Source of the DNA: a virus
Taxonomy: Duplodnaviria; Heunggongvirae; Uroviricota; Caudoviricetes
DNA length: 64,000 bases
Direction: 5' to 3' (one strand)
IMG/VR virus record: IMGVR_UViG_3300042892_003674
The notes under the pieces are model-generated. The model searched no databases and was not told the DNA's origin. It saw only the letters and a program-made list of their open reading frames with translations. Below are positions 39,345 through 48,619 of the stretch, in pieces. Both the position numbers and the translations under genes were made by a program. Position 1 is the stretch's first letter. Every line of letters starts with the position of its first letter.

Positions 39345-40127
39345 TTATTCACTCCAGAATTTATTTGGTGATATTCTGCCAATATAATCTGCGAAGTCGT
39401 GCATAGAAAGTCCACATTCTGATGAAACTCCTGGCTCAGCAAGTATTACACTTGATAAAATTCTATACATTGTTTTATATTTTTCCACAAACCAATCTGG
39501 AACAGGATACTCAATAGAACTGTCTGAAAAGAATTTCTTTAGAAGTATTTTTATTCTACCTGCACTAGGTCTATCTGCTACTTTAATATTTATATAACTT
39601 GGAAATTGTCCATCATTATAATAAAAGTTATGATTATGTATTTCAAAATCATTAGGTTCTAACTTGAAATCTATTCTTAAAGTATTTGTTTGAAATCCGT
39701 GTGCAGTAAAGTAATCCGGTTCTAATTCCTCTTTCATTCTATATAATTGTTCCTCTGTTTTAGGAATCAACCACATTTCTAAATAAATTTCTGCTTCTAT
39801 TTCCCAATCATCACCTTGATCACCTCTTACTAATTTGGCAGTATCGTCTCTATAAGAATCTAACCAAGGGTAAAAACAAAAGTAGAACTCTTCTTCTTTA
39901 TTAGTCTCTAATGATTTATTTTCTATAGTAACTTTAATAGTTCCATATTTAGAATAAGTTTCAACTTGTTTTTTCCAAGCTTCAATCTCTTCTCTTAATA
40001 AAGATTTTTCATGATGTTGCATTAGTTTACCTGCTCTCTTAGTATGTCCTAATTTAGTAAACTTATCTGCGGCAGACTTATACGTTGAAGATTTAAGCTC
40101 TTCATTATATCTATTTAAGTATTTCAT
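39345..40127 (-). CDS. hypothetical protein with capsid-targeting-like leader
   Basis: ATG at 40127, MKYLNRYNEELKS; ATATATA upstream. Confidence 0.6.
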   Translation of the reverse strand: MKYLNRYNEELKSSTYKSAADKFTKLGHTKRAGKLMQHHEKSLLREEIEAWKKQVETYSKYGTIKVTIENKSLETNKEEEFYFCFYPWLDSYRDDTAKLVRGDQGDDWEIEAEIYLEMWLIPKTEEQLYRMKEELEPDYFTAHGFQTNTLRIDFKLEPNDFEIHNHNFYYNDGQFPSYINIKVADRPSAGRIKILLKKFFSDSSIEYPVPDWFVEKYKTMYRILSSVILAEPGVSSECGLSMHDFADYIGRISPNKFWSE

Positions 40128-40132
40128 ATTTC

Positions 40133-40156
40133 GTATATATAAAAAATAATATATAG
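40133..40156. promoter_or_regulatory. back-to-back phage ATATATA promoters
   Basis: GTATATATAAAAAATAATATATAG between two divergent leader-bearing genes. Confidence 0.6.
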
Positions 40157-40160
40157 ATTT

Positions 40161-40415
40161 ATGAGATACATAAAAGTTTTTGAGGATTTTAAGAAGAACA
40201 ATCAAGAAGGTTCTTTAATTACAATTGAAGATGTAGTTAAATGTATTAAGTCTGGTGGTGTAATTTATGCCACTATTATAAAGGATTTTGCCGAGAATGA
40301 TCCTAAAGCTGCTTTAAGACCAGTAAATGTAGATAATGATGGTGAAGTAACCGTTGAGTTTGAAGGTAAAGAGTATGAGGTAAATCTAAGAAATATAGAG
40401 TCTATTGATTTTTAA
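40161..40415 (+). CDS. small beta-rich protein with capsid-targeting-like leader
   Basis: starts MRYIKVFEDF. Confidence 0.6.
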   Translation: MRYIKVFEDFKKNNQEGSLITIEDVVKCIKSGGVIYATIIKDFAENDPKAALRPVNVDNDGEVTVEFEGKEYEVNLRNIESIDF

Positions 40416-40873
40416 AACAATAGACTCTTTAGTTTAACATCCCTACTAAATGATTTTATATCATCTATATAAGTACATTCATACTTATCTAAAATTTCAC
40501 TATAACAAGTCCATCTATCTTTTCTTTTTGACCAAAAGGAAACCAATGGATCATCTGATCTACCAACTGGTACATACAAGTCTTTATTATTCGCTAAACA
40601 ATAATCGACTAGATCTTCTATTTTAGAAGGATCATTTATAAAGATGTCTAAGTGATAAACCATTACACAGTCTTGATCAATTTTAGAATAATCAAAATTC
40701 TCTGGTTTATTTATACCCCATTTTCTCATACCAAGATTTTCTGGTAATTTATACTTATACAAAAGTAAAGTACTTAAATTATTCTTATTAAGAAGTCCAT
40801 ATATTGTAAGAAGATCTTTTCTTTCTTGGTATTTACCTTCCCACGCGAACTTATCATCTATTCTATAAATCAT
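40412..40873 (-). CDS. hypothetical protein with C-terminal R-tag
   Basis: ends RDVKLKSLLF. Confidence 0.55.
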   Translation of the reverse strand: MIYRIDDKFAWEGKYQERKDLLTIYGLLNKNNLSTLLLYKYKLPENLGMRKWGINKPENFDYSKIDQDCVMVYHLDIFINDPSKIEDLVDYCLANNKDLYVPVGRSDDPLVSFWSKRKDRWTCYSEILDKYECTYIDDIKSFSRDVKLKSLLF

Positions 40874-40874
40874 A

Positions 40875-41432
40875 TTACTTTAAATAAGACATTATCTTTT
40901 GTTTTATACCCATTTGCTTGATTCCCTCATTTTGTCGCTTTGTATGAACAAAATTGGTTAAACCATCAGACATATTCAAATCATCAACTGCTACCCAATG
41001 AGTAACCTCTGGGTGCAAAGCCAACCATTTTTTGATTTCTATTGAACGTTCATCTTCATAACCTTTCTTACCATTCGCTTCAAGAAATTTAAAGTCTTCT
41101 ACTTCAAGAGTTGGTGTATAGTCGATTGGTCCTTTGATAACACCATATTTATCAAAAAGATCTTTCATTTCTGTTAAAGTACAATCAAAACGCCAATCAG
41201 AGGATACAACGATTTCAGCACCAGTCTCTAATAAGATTTCATTTAAAACACGAACTGCTTTATCATTGAAATCATCGAAACGGTATTCAACATCCATTGT
41301 GTTTAAATCACAATCATACATAACAGCTTTCTCTGGATACGTTCTGTTCCAAAGTAGTTGTTTCTTACGTCGACCGCCCCATTCAGTTGCGAGACACATA
41401 ACACCATCATGATCTAAAAATATTACCTTCAT
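40875..41432 (-). CDS. HAD phosphatase, HAD_SAK_2-like (second paralog)
   Basis: VIFLDHDGV, IVVSSDWR, RSIEIKKWL, WVAVDDL. Confidence 0.85.
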   Translation of the reverse strand: MKVIFLDHDGVMCLATEWGGRRKKQLLWNRTYPEKAVMYDCDLNTMDVEYRFDDFNDKAVRVLNEILLETGAEIVVSSDWRFDCTLTEMKDLFDKYGVIKGPIDYTPTLEVEDFKFLEANGKKGYEDERSIEIKKWLALHPEVTHWVAVDDLNMSDGLTNFVHTKRQNEGIKQMGIKQKIMSYLK

Positions 41433-41437
41433 AGCTA

Positions 41438-41445
41438 CAAATATA
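41438..41445 (-). promoter_or_regulatory. Bacteroidota-type -7 promoter element
   Basis: TATATTTG on minus strand, 5 nt before ATG. Confidence 0.6.
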
Positions 41446-41494
41446 CGACTTTTAATTATATATATTTAATATATAACAAAAAAGTATTTTCTTA

Positions 41495-42019
41495 ATGAAA
41501 CATTTAAAACAATTTGAAAACTGGACTACGACTACTACTGAACCAAGTAAAGAAGTTGATGTTCAATATACTAGTAAAGATAAGATTACTTATGGTATCC
41601 ACGATATAAACATATCAAGAAAAGGTATTAGAACAAAAGTAAAGGCAAAGTTTGATTCAGGTGCTCGTTCATCTAGTATTGACTTTAAAGTTGCTAAAAG
41701 ATTAGGTATATCAGACGAGTTCTTAAAAACTTCTAAAGAGTTAGATTCAGTTGATTTAGCTAAATATACAAAAGATCCTAGAAACATATCTTTATCAGAA
41801 CAAGGTAGAATTGAAAGAGGTTTTTACAAAGATTTAAAAACACAATTTCCAGAACTATCAGATGTTAAGTTAGTTAAATCATCTTCTGGATTCTCAGTTA
41901 GAATGGTTATTAGAATTGATATAGAGTATAGTGGTAAAGTTATATCAACTGATGCAAATCTTCGTGATAGAACAGGATTGGCATGTGAAATGCTAGTTGG
42001 ATTAAAAGATATGTTATAA
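41495..42019 (+). CDS. retropepsin-like aspartic protease (RimK-associated type) with capsid-targeting-like leader
   Basis: KAKFDSGARSSSID ... LRDR...MLVG; starts MKHLKQFENW. Confidence 0.75.
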   Translation: MKHLKQFENWTTTTTEPSKEVDVQYTSKDKITYGIHDINISRKGIRTKVKAKFDSGARSSSIDFKVAKRLGISDEFLKTSKELDSVDLAKYTKDPRNISLSEQGRIERGFYKDLKTQFPELSDVKLVKSSSGFSVRMVIRIDIEYSGKVISTDANLRDRTGLACEMLVGLKDML

Positions 42020-42471
42020 TGAAGTATATAAAAATATTTGAAGATTTTGAATCTAATGAAGATAAAATTGAAGACTTAATACAATTATGTCTTGTTGAAC
42101 TAACAGATAATAATTTTAAAGTTGAAGTTTCAACACCAGAATTTCCAAGAGTATTCAAGTCCAGTGTAAAAGATATTCGTATTTCTAAAGAGAGTTGGGA
42201 TATTGATAAGGATAGATTATTTGATTACAATGATGTAAAAGACCATCTTATTACATTTATAAAACTATTGAGTAAAGATTATGAGATAGATCATGTTTTC
42301 TTTATGGGAGATTGGAAGAAAAAATCTTGGTTAGATAAAAAGATTGATAAACTTAAAGGTTCTGGACCTAGTGGTTCAAGAGAAAGAGAAGAAGTTAGTG
42401 TAGAAGATTTAATTTCAGATAAAACTAAGATAAATTTTCAACTAATTTCTATTACAATTAAAATTAAATAG
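42019..42471 (+). CDS. hypothetical protein with capsid-targeting-like leader (paralog family)
   Basis: MKYIKIFEDFES; VKDHLITFIKLLSKDY shared with 42800..43243. Confidence 0.6.
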   Translation: MKYIKIFEDFESNEDKIEDLIQLCLVELTDNNFKVEVSTPEFPRVFKSSVKDIRISKESWDIDKDRLFDYNDVKDHLITFIKLLSKDYEIDHVFFMGDWKKKSWLDKKIDKLKGSGPSGSREREEVSVEDLISDKTKINFQLISITIKIK

Positions 42472-42473
42472 AT

Positions 42474-42800
42474 ATGAAACACATAAAAGTATTTGAAGAG
42501 TTTGGTGGTAGAGAAAAAGAAGTAGTATTTACTGGTAAAAGAAACCCAAGATTAGTAATCAAAGTTCTTAAATCACCTGATGGTAGAATAATAGAAATTG
42601 AGAATGAAACTGGAATTAGATTTCCATTTTCGGTTGGACAAATCTTAAATAGAAACGCAGAAGTTTGGGCTTGTAATAATAATTTCTTAATGGATGGTAA
42701 AGATATGTGTCCAGAAGAGAAAGTATTTGGTATTAGAAAAAAAGATATACCACAAGGACACGAATTAAGAATGATGTTTCCTGGAAAATTTAGAAAGTAA
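42474..42800 (+). CDS. hypothetical protein with capsid-targeting-like leader
   Basis: starts MKHIKVFEEF. Confidence 0.6.
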   Translation: MKHIKVFEEFGGREKEVVFTGKRNPRLVIKVLKSPDGRIIEIENETGIRFPFSVGQILNRNAEVWACNNNFLMDGKDMCPEEKVFGIRKKDIPQGHELRMMFPGKFRK

Positions 42801-43243
42801 TGAAGTTTTTAAGAAAATTTAATGAAGGTAAAGAACCAGATAAATCTGAAATTTCTGATTTAAGTAAAGATTACTTGGCTTATTTATTGGATGATGATTA
42901 TACTTGTCATGTTGAGACTGGTTATGAATGGTCTCATACAACAGAAAAGATTACAAGTAAATTAGTCACTAAAATAATTTTTCTTAAATATAAGAATAAT
43001 TCTAGCAAAACTGAAAAATTTTTATGGGATAATGTTAAAGATCATTTTATATCATTTATACATTTATTGAGTAAAGATTACAATATAGATAATTTTGATT
43101 TTATGTGGGTAGGACTTCAAGAAGGAAGTATTGTTCCAGTTTTAAGATCTAGTAAAAGATCATTACAACAAGTTTTAGATGATGATAATTGTGATTTTGC
43201 ACCGTTAGAAAGAGTGACCGTAGTAATAAGTAAGAAAGAATAG
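42800..43243 (+). CDS. hypothetical protein with capsid-targeting-like leader (paralog family)
   Basis: MKFLRKFNEG; VKDHFISFIHLLSKDY. Confidence 0.6.
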   Translation: MKFLRKFNEGKEPDKSEISDLSKDYLAYLLDDDYTCHVETGYEWSHTTEKITSKLVTKIIFLKYKNNSSKTEKFLWDNVKDHFISFIHLLSKDYNIDNFDFMWVGLQEGSIVPVLRSSKRSLQQVLDDDNCDFAPLERVTVVISKKE

Positions 43244-43254
43244 TATTTTAAAAT

Positions 43255-43286
43255 AAAAAACCCAGTCATTGACTGGGTTTCTTTTT
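43255..43286. terminator. bidirectional intrinsic terminator
   Basis: AAACCCAGTCA-T-TGACTGGGTTT flanked by A and T tracts. Confidence 0.8.
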
Positions 43287-44851
43287 TATTTCTCATTCGC
43301 TTCAAGAACGATTTGTTTTACTTTACCGTTTGTACAAGCAATCGGACATTTAGTACCAACAGAGATAATAAGTGTTCTACCTTTGATACCTTTGAAGTTC
43401 AATTGGTCTGTGTAACCGTCTGTTAAAATTACCGTGTTAAAGTCATTAAAATGTTCTCTAACGTAATCAATCGCAGGGTTCAAACAAGTACCACCTAAAC
43501 CTTTAATAGGAATACTTTCAAGTTTTCTCTTACTCTTAATGTTCTCAACCCAATTTACTTGTGTATCAGACTCCATCAAGTTGATTTCTATATCATTACG
43601 ATATACATAAGATAAAACTCTTTCAAAGGTTCCTTGACCACCCATCGAACCTGATGTATCTAAGATAACATTGATTTTGGTTTTCACCTTTCTAGTACCT
43701 TTAAGACCAGCGATTTGTCGTCTGTTTGGTTTAACGATAGTTTTTTGTTTCACAGTACCGAAAATCAAGTTAGACACAGCTCTCTTAATTTCTTTAAGGT
43801 AATCTTTTCTTTTCTTTCTTAACTTGTTAAGAGTAGTCTCAACATTACCCGCAGATAAACCACGAGCAGCTAATCTTTCCATAACGTCTCTTACCATCGC
43901 TTCACGCATCTCTTCTGGAACGTCGTCTCCCATGTGTTTATCTAAATACTCACCTGTACCGTTTTCGTAATCTTCAAAGATTTGCTCAGTTGACCAAGTA
44001 TCGATCGCATCACCATCTTTACCAGGGTTTTTACCGTAAGGACCGTATGATGGTTTACCAGTAGAGTCTTTACCAGACTCACCACCATCTTTACCAGTTC
44101 CACCACAATCTGGACATGGTTCACCTTGGCCTTGACCATCACCTTGTCCTTCACCTTGACCGTCACCTTTTTGGTCTGATTGTCCATCACCTTGACCTTC
44201 GCCTTGCTCTTGACCATCTTTACCTTTTCCTTGACCTTCTGATTTATCTTGTGGTTGACCATCACCTTCACCAGGCTCTTGACCTTTACCTTTATCAGAT
44301 TTATCTTGTGGTTTTTTACCACTACCACTACAAGTAGAACATTCGCATTTAGATTTTTGTTCTTTATTCCACTCGTCTTTTTTCTCTTTCATCCACTCGT
44401 ATAACTCTTCAAAGATAAGTTTACCTTCATATTCTTTTGGAACAAAAAGAGCCATATTCTTACCATCTGGAGATTTAGGAATTTCAACGAAGTTATGTGA
44501 AATATCTTCCCATATAATATGATTGATAATCATATCTTGTACAATGTTAGACAATTTGTGATCGTATTGACCAGTGATTGTTCTTTTTGGGTGGTTGAAA
44601 AGTAAGTGGAAATCCTCGTGAAGAGTAATAAAGTTTACTTCTTTTTGAGACATATCTGCTAGGAACTTTGGAGAATAGTAAAAGTTCATACCCTTTGTAC
44701 CTACGTTTACACCACAAGTACCTATACTATCATTCTCGTGAAAATTGATGTGTAGATTAAACTCTCCGTAGTATGGGAGGTTCACTTTTGTGTCGATAAG
44801 CATTGTTTGGATACTAGCTAATAGTTTCTCGTGAATGTTTTTTATTACCAT
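43286..44851 (-). CDS. metallopeptidase-VWA protein (DUF2201-like, usual MoxR partner)
   Basis: HEDFH zincin motif; LDTSGSM MIDAS, GGT, LTDG; Gly/Gln-rich linker. Confidence 0.85.
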   Translation of the reverse strand: MVIKNIHEKLLASIQTMLIDTKVNLPYYGEFNLHINFHENDSIGTCGVNVGTKGMNFYYSPKFLADMSQKEVNFITLHEDFHLLFNHPKRTITGQYDHKLSNIVQDMIINHIIWEDISHNFVEIPKSPDGKNMALFVPKEYEGKLIFEELYEWMKEKKDEWNKEQKSKCECSTCSGSGKKPQDKSDKGKGQEPGEGDGQPQDKSEGQGKGKDGQEQGEGQGDGQSDQKGDGQGEGQGDGQGQGEPCPDCGGTGKDGGESGKDSTGKPSYGPYGKNPGKDGDAIDTWSTEQIFEDYENGTGEYLDKHMGDDVPEEMREAMVRDVMERLAARGLSAGNVETTLNKLRKKRKDYLKEIKRAVSNLIFGTVKQKTIVKPNRRQIAGLKGTRKVKTKINVILDTSGSMGGQGTFERVLSYVYRNDIEINLMESDTQVNWVENIKSKRKLESIPIKGLGGTCLNPAIDYVREHFNDFNTVILTDGYTDQLNFKGIKGRTLIISVGTKCPIACTNGKVKQIVLEANEK

Positions 44852-44882
44852 ATTTATTTTAATTAGTTTATTATTTATTCTA

Positions 44883-44890
44883 CAAAGATA
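44883..44890 (-). promoter_or_regulatory. Bacteroidota-type -7 promoter element
   Basis: TATCTTTG on minus strand upstream of the VWA gene. Confidence 0.6.
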
Positions 44891-44930
44891 TGTATAAAAA
44901 GTTTAATAAGAAAGAAAATAACAAATTATT

Positions 44931-45410
44931 TTATGGTTGATAGTTATCAGATTGATCTAAAAACTTAAATTGACTTACATCTAATTTAAAACCATCAAAT
45001 CTATTTAGAAAATCAATAAACTCTTTAAGTGAATTGTTATCTAGTGCGAATATACTGTTAGACGGATCAGTTTTAGATCTAAATGAAGTATATTCAGTAA
45101 CACCAACTTTACTTGGACTATCGACATAAAATTCACAAGCCATAGCTTCACCCCAGGTTATATCTATATCTATTCTCATTTTTGGATCTTCCGAGAAATA
45201 AAAGTCAAATTCTAGTGTACTAGGAGCACCCCATTCATTCTTTGAATTTTCATATGTGACTTGTACCATATCAGAATTCTTCATTATGTTTCCAAGTTTG
45301 AATGTATGTTCTCCATCTTTTAATATAACCATTTGTTGTGGAAGAATTGTTTTCCAATCTACATCATAGATGTTTGATTCAAATAGAATATATGATTTTA
45401 AGTATTTCAT
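44931..45410 (-). CDS. hypothetical protein with capsid-targeting-like leader
   Basis: starts MKYLKSYILFES; ATATATA upstream. Confidence 0.6.
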   Translation of the reverse strand: MKYLKSYILFESNIYDVDWKTILPQQMVILKDGEHTFKLGNIMKNSDMVQVTYENSKNEWGAPSTLEFDFYFSEDPKMRIDIDITWGEAMACEFYVDSPSKVGVTEYTSFRSKTDPSNSIFALDNNSLKEFIDFLNRFDGFKLDVSQFKFLDQSDNYQP

Positions 45411-45421
45411 ATACTATATAT

Positions 45422-45451
45422 AAAAATCACACATCGAATGTGTGATTTTTT
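45422..45451 (-). terminator. intrinsic terminator
   Basis: AAAAATCACACAT-CGA-ATGTGTGATTTTT. Confidence 0.8.
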
Positions 45452-45944
45452 ATAAAATACTATCTAACTTTCTACCTATTGTTTTATAGATTGTAAGATT
45501 TTGATGTGGTTCATTCTTTCCGATTGGTGGTTCTATTATGATACCACCCTCTTGTTCATAAAGTTTATAGTACTTGTTTACTTTTTTTTCGGTTACTCTT
45601 TTATTACCTCCCCAACCCCAAGATCCTTTTATTACATAAATGGTTGCACATGGGAACGTTCTTTTTACTACTTTAAATAATTCTTTGATATTTCCGGTCT
45701 CTGCTCTAAAATTATTATTTGTTCCTATACATAGTATAATATTTTTTATATCAGGTGATGTTTTGTAATTCAAAACCATTGAAGTTAGTTTATCAACTCC
45801 TATTCCACCTTTCCATAATGATCTCACTCTTTCTACCTTAGTTGAATTTTTATCAATGTAAGGTGTTTGTGAATCCCCTATTATGAGATTCTGAGAATGA
45901 CATAATAGGGGAATAAAATATAATATGTATAATAGTTTCTTCAC
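45450..45944 (-). CDS. secreted SGNH/GDSL-hydrolase-like protein
   Basis: Signal peptide MKKLLYILYFIPLLCHS; IIGDSQ, CIGTN, EPH blocks. Confidence 0.65.
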   Translation of the reverse strand: MKKLLYILYFIPLLCHSQNLIIGDSQTPYIDKNSTKVERVRSLWKGGIGVDKLTSMVLNYKTSPDIKNIILCIGTNNNFRAETGNIKELFKVVKRTFPCATIYVIKGSWGWGGNKRVTEKKVNKYYKLYEQEGGIIIEPPIGKNEPHQNLTIYKTIGRKLDSIL

Positions 45945-47677
45945 TATGATAGAACTGAAGTGATTTTATCGTCTCTTAAAACAGCAGTAACCGTACTTAA
46001 ATCGTGATTTTTAATCTGATATAATTCAGTTCCTTCTGGGAAGTTTACAATAACTTCTGCATAATTATCGTCAAATTGATGTTGAATGTAATCATCTAAA
46101 TCAAATTCATTTGAATATGTACCATCATCTAATCTAGCTGAAATTCCAACTGTACCAACAAATCCAGGAATGATATAAGCATCAACAATGTCTGTGTAAC
46201 CTTCATGATCTTCATCAGCTAACCAGGTCTTATACTCATTGAGGGTTATTACCGAACCAAATCCGCTACAAGAGATATACTTTTTAGTGTCTTTTCCACC
46301 AACATAAAGATCAAATCCACTTTCATCATCAGTTACTTGAAAATCATTACCATCACCAAGGATAACAATCGTTTCTGGTTTGTCAAATGTTCTCAAAGTT
46401 TTTTGTTTAAACTCTGGGTTCTCTACTTTTTTAGTAAGTTCTCTAGTCGGATGAACTGTGTTAGGTTCAGTTTTTGATTCAATAAGAACAAACTCACCAT
46501 CAGAACCTTCCGCACCACCAGTTTTCACTTCATATGAATTAGAACCGGCAATCTTGTCAAATTCTGGTTCTTGTTCAAAACCTTTCTTCAACATTTTTGC
46601 AGTAAGTTGGTGCCAGTTTAATTTACCTCTGTATTCAAATTCACCTTCTGCAGTAACCGTAAGCTTACCAAATAAGTCAACCGATTGAACTAATTTATAA
46701 ATTTCTTTAGTAGCTTCTTTATCTTCAAAGTTATCCTTCTTAGCGATAGAGATTTTGTAGAAACTTTCAGTTAAGTGTTTAATCAAAACATCTTTTTTAA
46801 GTTTCATTAGGTCAGAAATTCTACCTACTAATTCAGTATCAGAGTCAGATAAACCAATTTCACTTTTTTGTTCATCAGAAACTAAGAAAACATATCCATT
46901 AGGAGTTGCGTTAGGAACTAATGTTTCTAAACGAGTTTCTAAAATAGAAAGTGCTTCAGAAGATTTCTCTGCATTAGCTTCAGCATGTTTAGCTTCTGAA
47001 TTATACCTTTTAATCTCTGTCTCAGTTTTTTCAATACGTTCTTTCAACTCATTGATTTTATCTTCATTCATTTTGTTGAATTGCTCTTCCATATAAGTAA
47101 GAGCGATTGGTTTTTCAACAACAACTTCCTCGATAACTTGTTCAACTACCGGTGTTTCGTCCTCAATGGTTTCTATAGTTTCACCTGATAATAACATATC
47201 AAGAAAACTCAAACCTTTTTCAGATAATTCAGTAGTTTCTTCTTTTTGTTTTTCTTCTTCAAAAAGGTTCATAAGTTTATCATAAGGTTTAACGTGTTCT
47301 ACTTCAAGAAAACATTTATAACCATCTTGATCTTCAAATTCTAAACCAGCAACAATAAATTTTTGAGCATACCCACTAACATCAGTTGAGTCAATTTCAT
47401 TGATCAAACGTTGTTTCATTGCATTATCTGCTAAGTTAGTACCTTCAACTTCTTCAAAGTTGATAGTTCCTTCATCACAAATTGTTATTTTGAATTTAGC
47501 ACGTTCTAACATACCAGATAGTTTTCTACCTTCGATAAAGGCAGTTTCTCTGATTAAACGTATTTTCTTACCAGAAATGGCAGAAACGAAACTTAAAAAC
47601 TTTCGTTTAGGTTTGAAATCACCGATAACTGGTTCTTTAACGATTATCTCTTTTTCTTCAATATTATTCTCAATCAT
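45944..47677 (-). CDS. acidic coiled-coil hypothetical protein with C-terminal R-tag
   Basis: 577 aa; ends RDDKITSVLS. Confidence 0.6.
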   Translation of the reverse strand: MIENNIEEKEIIVKEPVIGDFKPKRKFLSFVSAISGKKIRLIRETAFIEGRKLSGMLERAKFKITICDEGTINFEEVEGTNLADNAMKQRLINEIDSTDVSGYAQKFIVAGLEFEDQDGYKCFLEVEHVKPYDKLMNLFEEEKQKEETTELSEKGLSFLDMLLSGETIETIEDETPVVEQVIEEVVVEKPIALTYMEEQFNKMNEDKINELKERIEKTETEIKRYNSEAKHAEANAEKSSEALSILETRLETLVPNATPNGYVFLVSDEQKSEIGLSDSDTELVGRISDLMKLKKDVLIKHLTESFYKISIAKKDNFEDKEATKEIYKLVQSVDLFGKLTVTAEGEFEYRGKLNWHQLTAKMLKKGFEQEPEFDKIAGSNSYEVKTGGAEGSDGEFVLIESKTEPNTVHPTRELTKKVENPEFKQKTLRTFDKPETIVILGDGNDFQVTDDESGFDLYVGGKDTKKYISCSGFGSVITLNEYKTWLADEDHEGYTDIVDAYIIPGFVGTVGISARLDDGTYSNEFDLDDYIQHQFDDNYAEVIVNFPEGTELYQIKNHDLSTVTAVLRDDKITSVLS

Positions 47678-47702
47678 AAGTTTTATAGTTTAATTTAGTT
47701 TA

Positions 47703-47710
47703 CAAATATA
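47703..47710 (-). promoter_or_regulatory. Bacteroidota-type -7 promoter element
   Basis: TATATTTG on minus strand. Confidence 0.6.
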
Positions 47711-47732
47711 CAAATAATTTTTTAATAAAAAA

Positions 47733-48140
47733 CTATTCTACTTCTTTTTCGTCAATTAGATCAATTCTAATATCACGAACTTCATCTTTTGTAAACACTT
47801 CACTAACTTTATTATCTTGAGAATCGACAATGTTTTCTGTTTCGATGTAAGTATCACCGGTTTCAGTAATTAAGCTTAATAAGGTCTCATTTTTAACTTC
47901 TTTATCATCTTGAACGTCAAATATTTCCATAATTTGTTTTTCAAAAGGAATGAAGTTGTGTTTAACGACTAAGTTTTCGTCGTCATGTTTGTCTAAGCAA
48001 AGTGTAAGTAATAAATATAACTCTCTATCCGAAAGTTCATTCATTCTTTCTATTTGACTGTAAACATTGAAATGTTTGTAGATGTCCATAAATAAATCTG
48101 AAACAACCACCGTTTTTGTTTTTTCTCCCATAATTCTCAT
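47733..48140 (-). CDS. hypothetical protein with C-terminal R-tag
   Basis: ends RDIRIDLIDEKEVE. Confidence 0.55.
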   Translation of the reverse strand: MRIMGEKTKTVVVSDLFMDIYKHFNVYSQIERMNELSDRELYLLLTLCLDKHDDENLVVKHNFIPFEKQIMEIFDVQDDKEVKNETLLSLITETGDTYIETENIVDSQDNKVSEVFTKDEVRDIRIDLIDEKEVE

Positions 48141-48142
48141 TT

Positions 48143-48619
48143 TTAAATTCCTAATTTTTCTAATTGATAATCTCTATAATCTTGTTTAGAGACAGTTCCT
48201 AATTCATAGGCTCTTTGAAAAAATACCTCAAATACACTTTCGTATATAGGTTCATTCTCAACTCTTTCTAACTGTCTAGCAACCATAGCTCTATTGATGG
48301 CTTTATGTTCATCAGTAATTCTAATAGCTTGTGTTCTGGCTAATCTAATAGCTTTTTCCTCGTCACCAGCACATTTAGTGAAGATGTCTCTTACTCTAGT
48401 ATAATTCTTTGTATATTCTGCTTTTGTTTGACCATTGTAGTCTCCGTTTTGGTTTTTAGGCATAAATTCTAGTGTTATTAGTTTACATTCGAGCATCACT
48501 TCAAATTGTTGTTTTGCTCTCATACCTTTATATTCTTTTAATAAGGAATATTTATTTGATTGTTGATACTTAATCCAAAAGTAATACAAATCCGTTAGAT
48601 CTACAAATTTTTTATTCAT
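48143..48619 (-). CDS. hypothetical protein with C-terminal R-tag
   Basis: ends RDYQLEKLGI. Confidence 0.55.
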   Translation of the reverse strand: MNKKFVDLTDLYYFWIKYQQSNKYSLLKEYKGMRAKQQFEVMLECKLITLEFMPKNQNGDYNGQTKAEYTKNYTRVRDIFTKCAGDEEKAIRLARTQAIRITDEHKAINRAMVARQLERVENEPIYESVFEVFFQRAYELGTVSKQDYRDYQLEKLGI

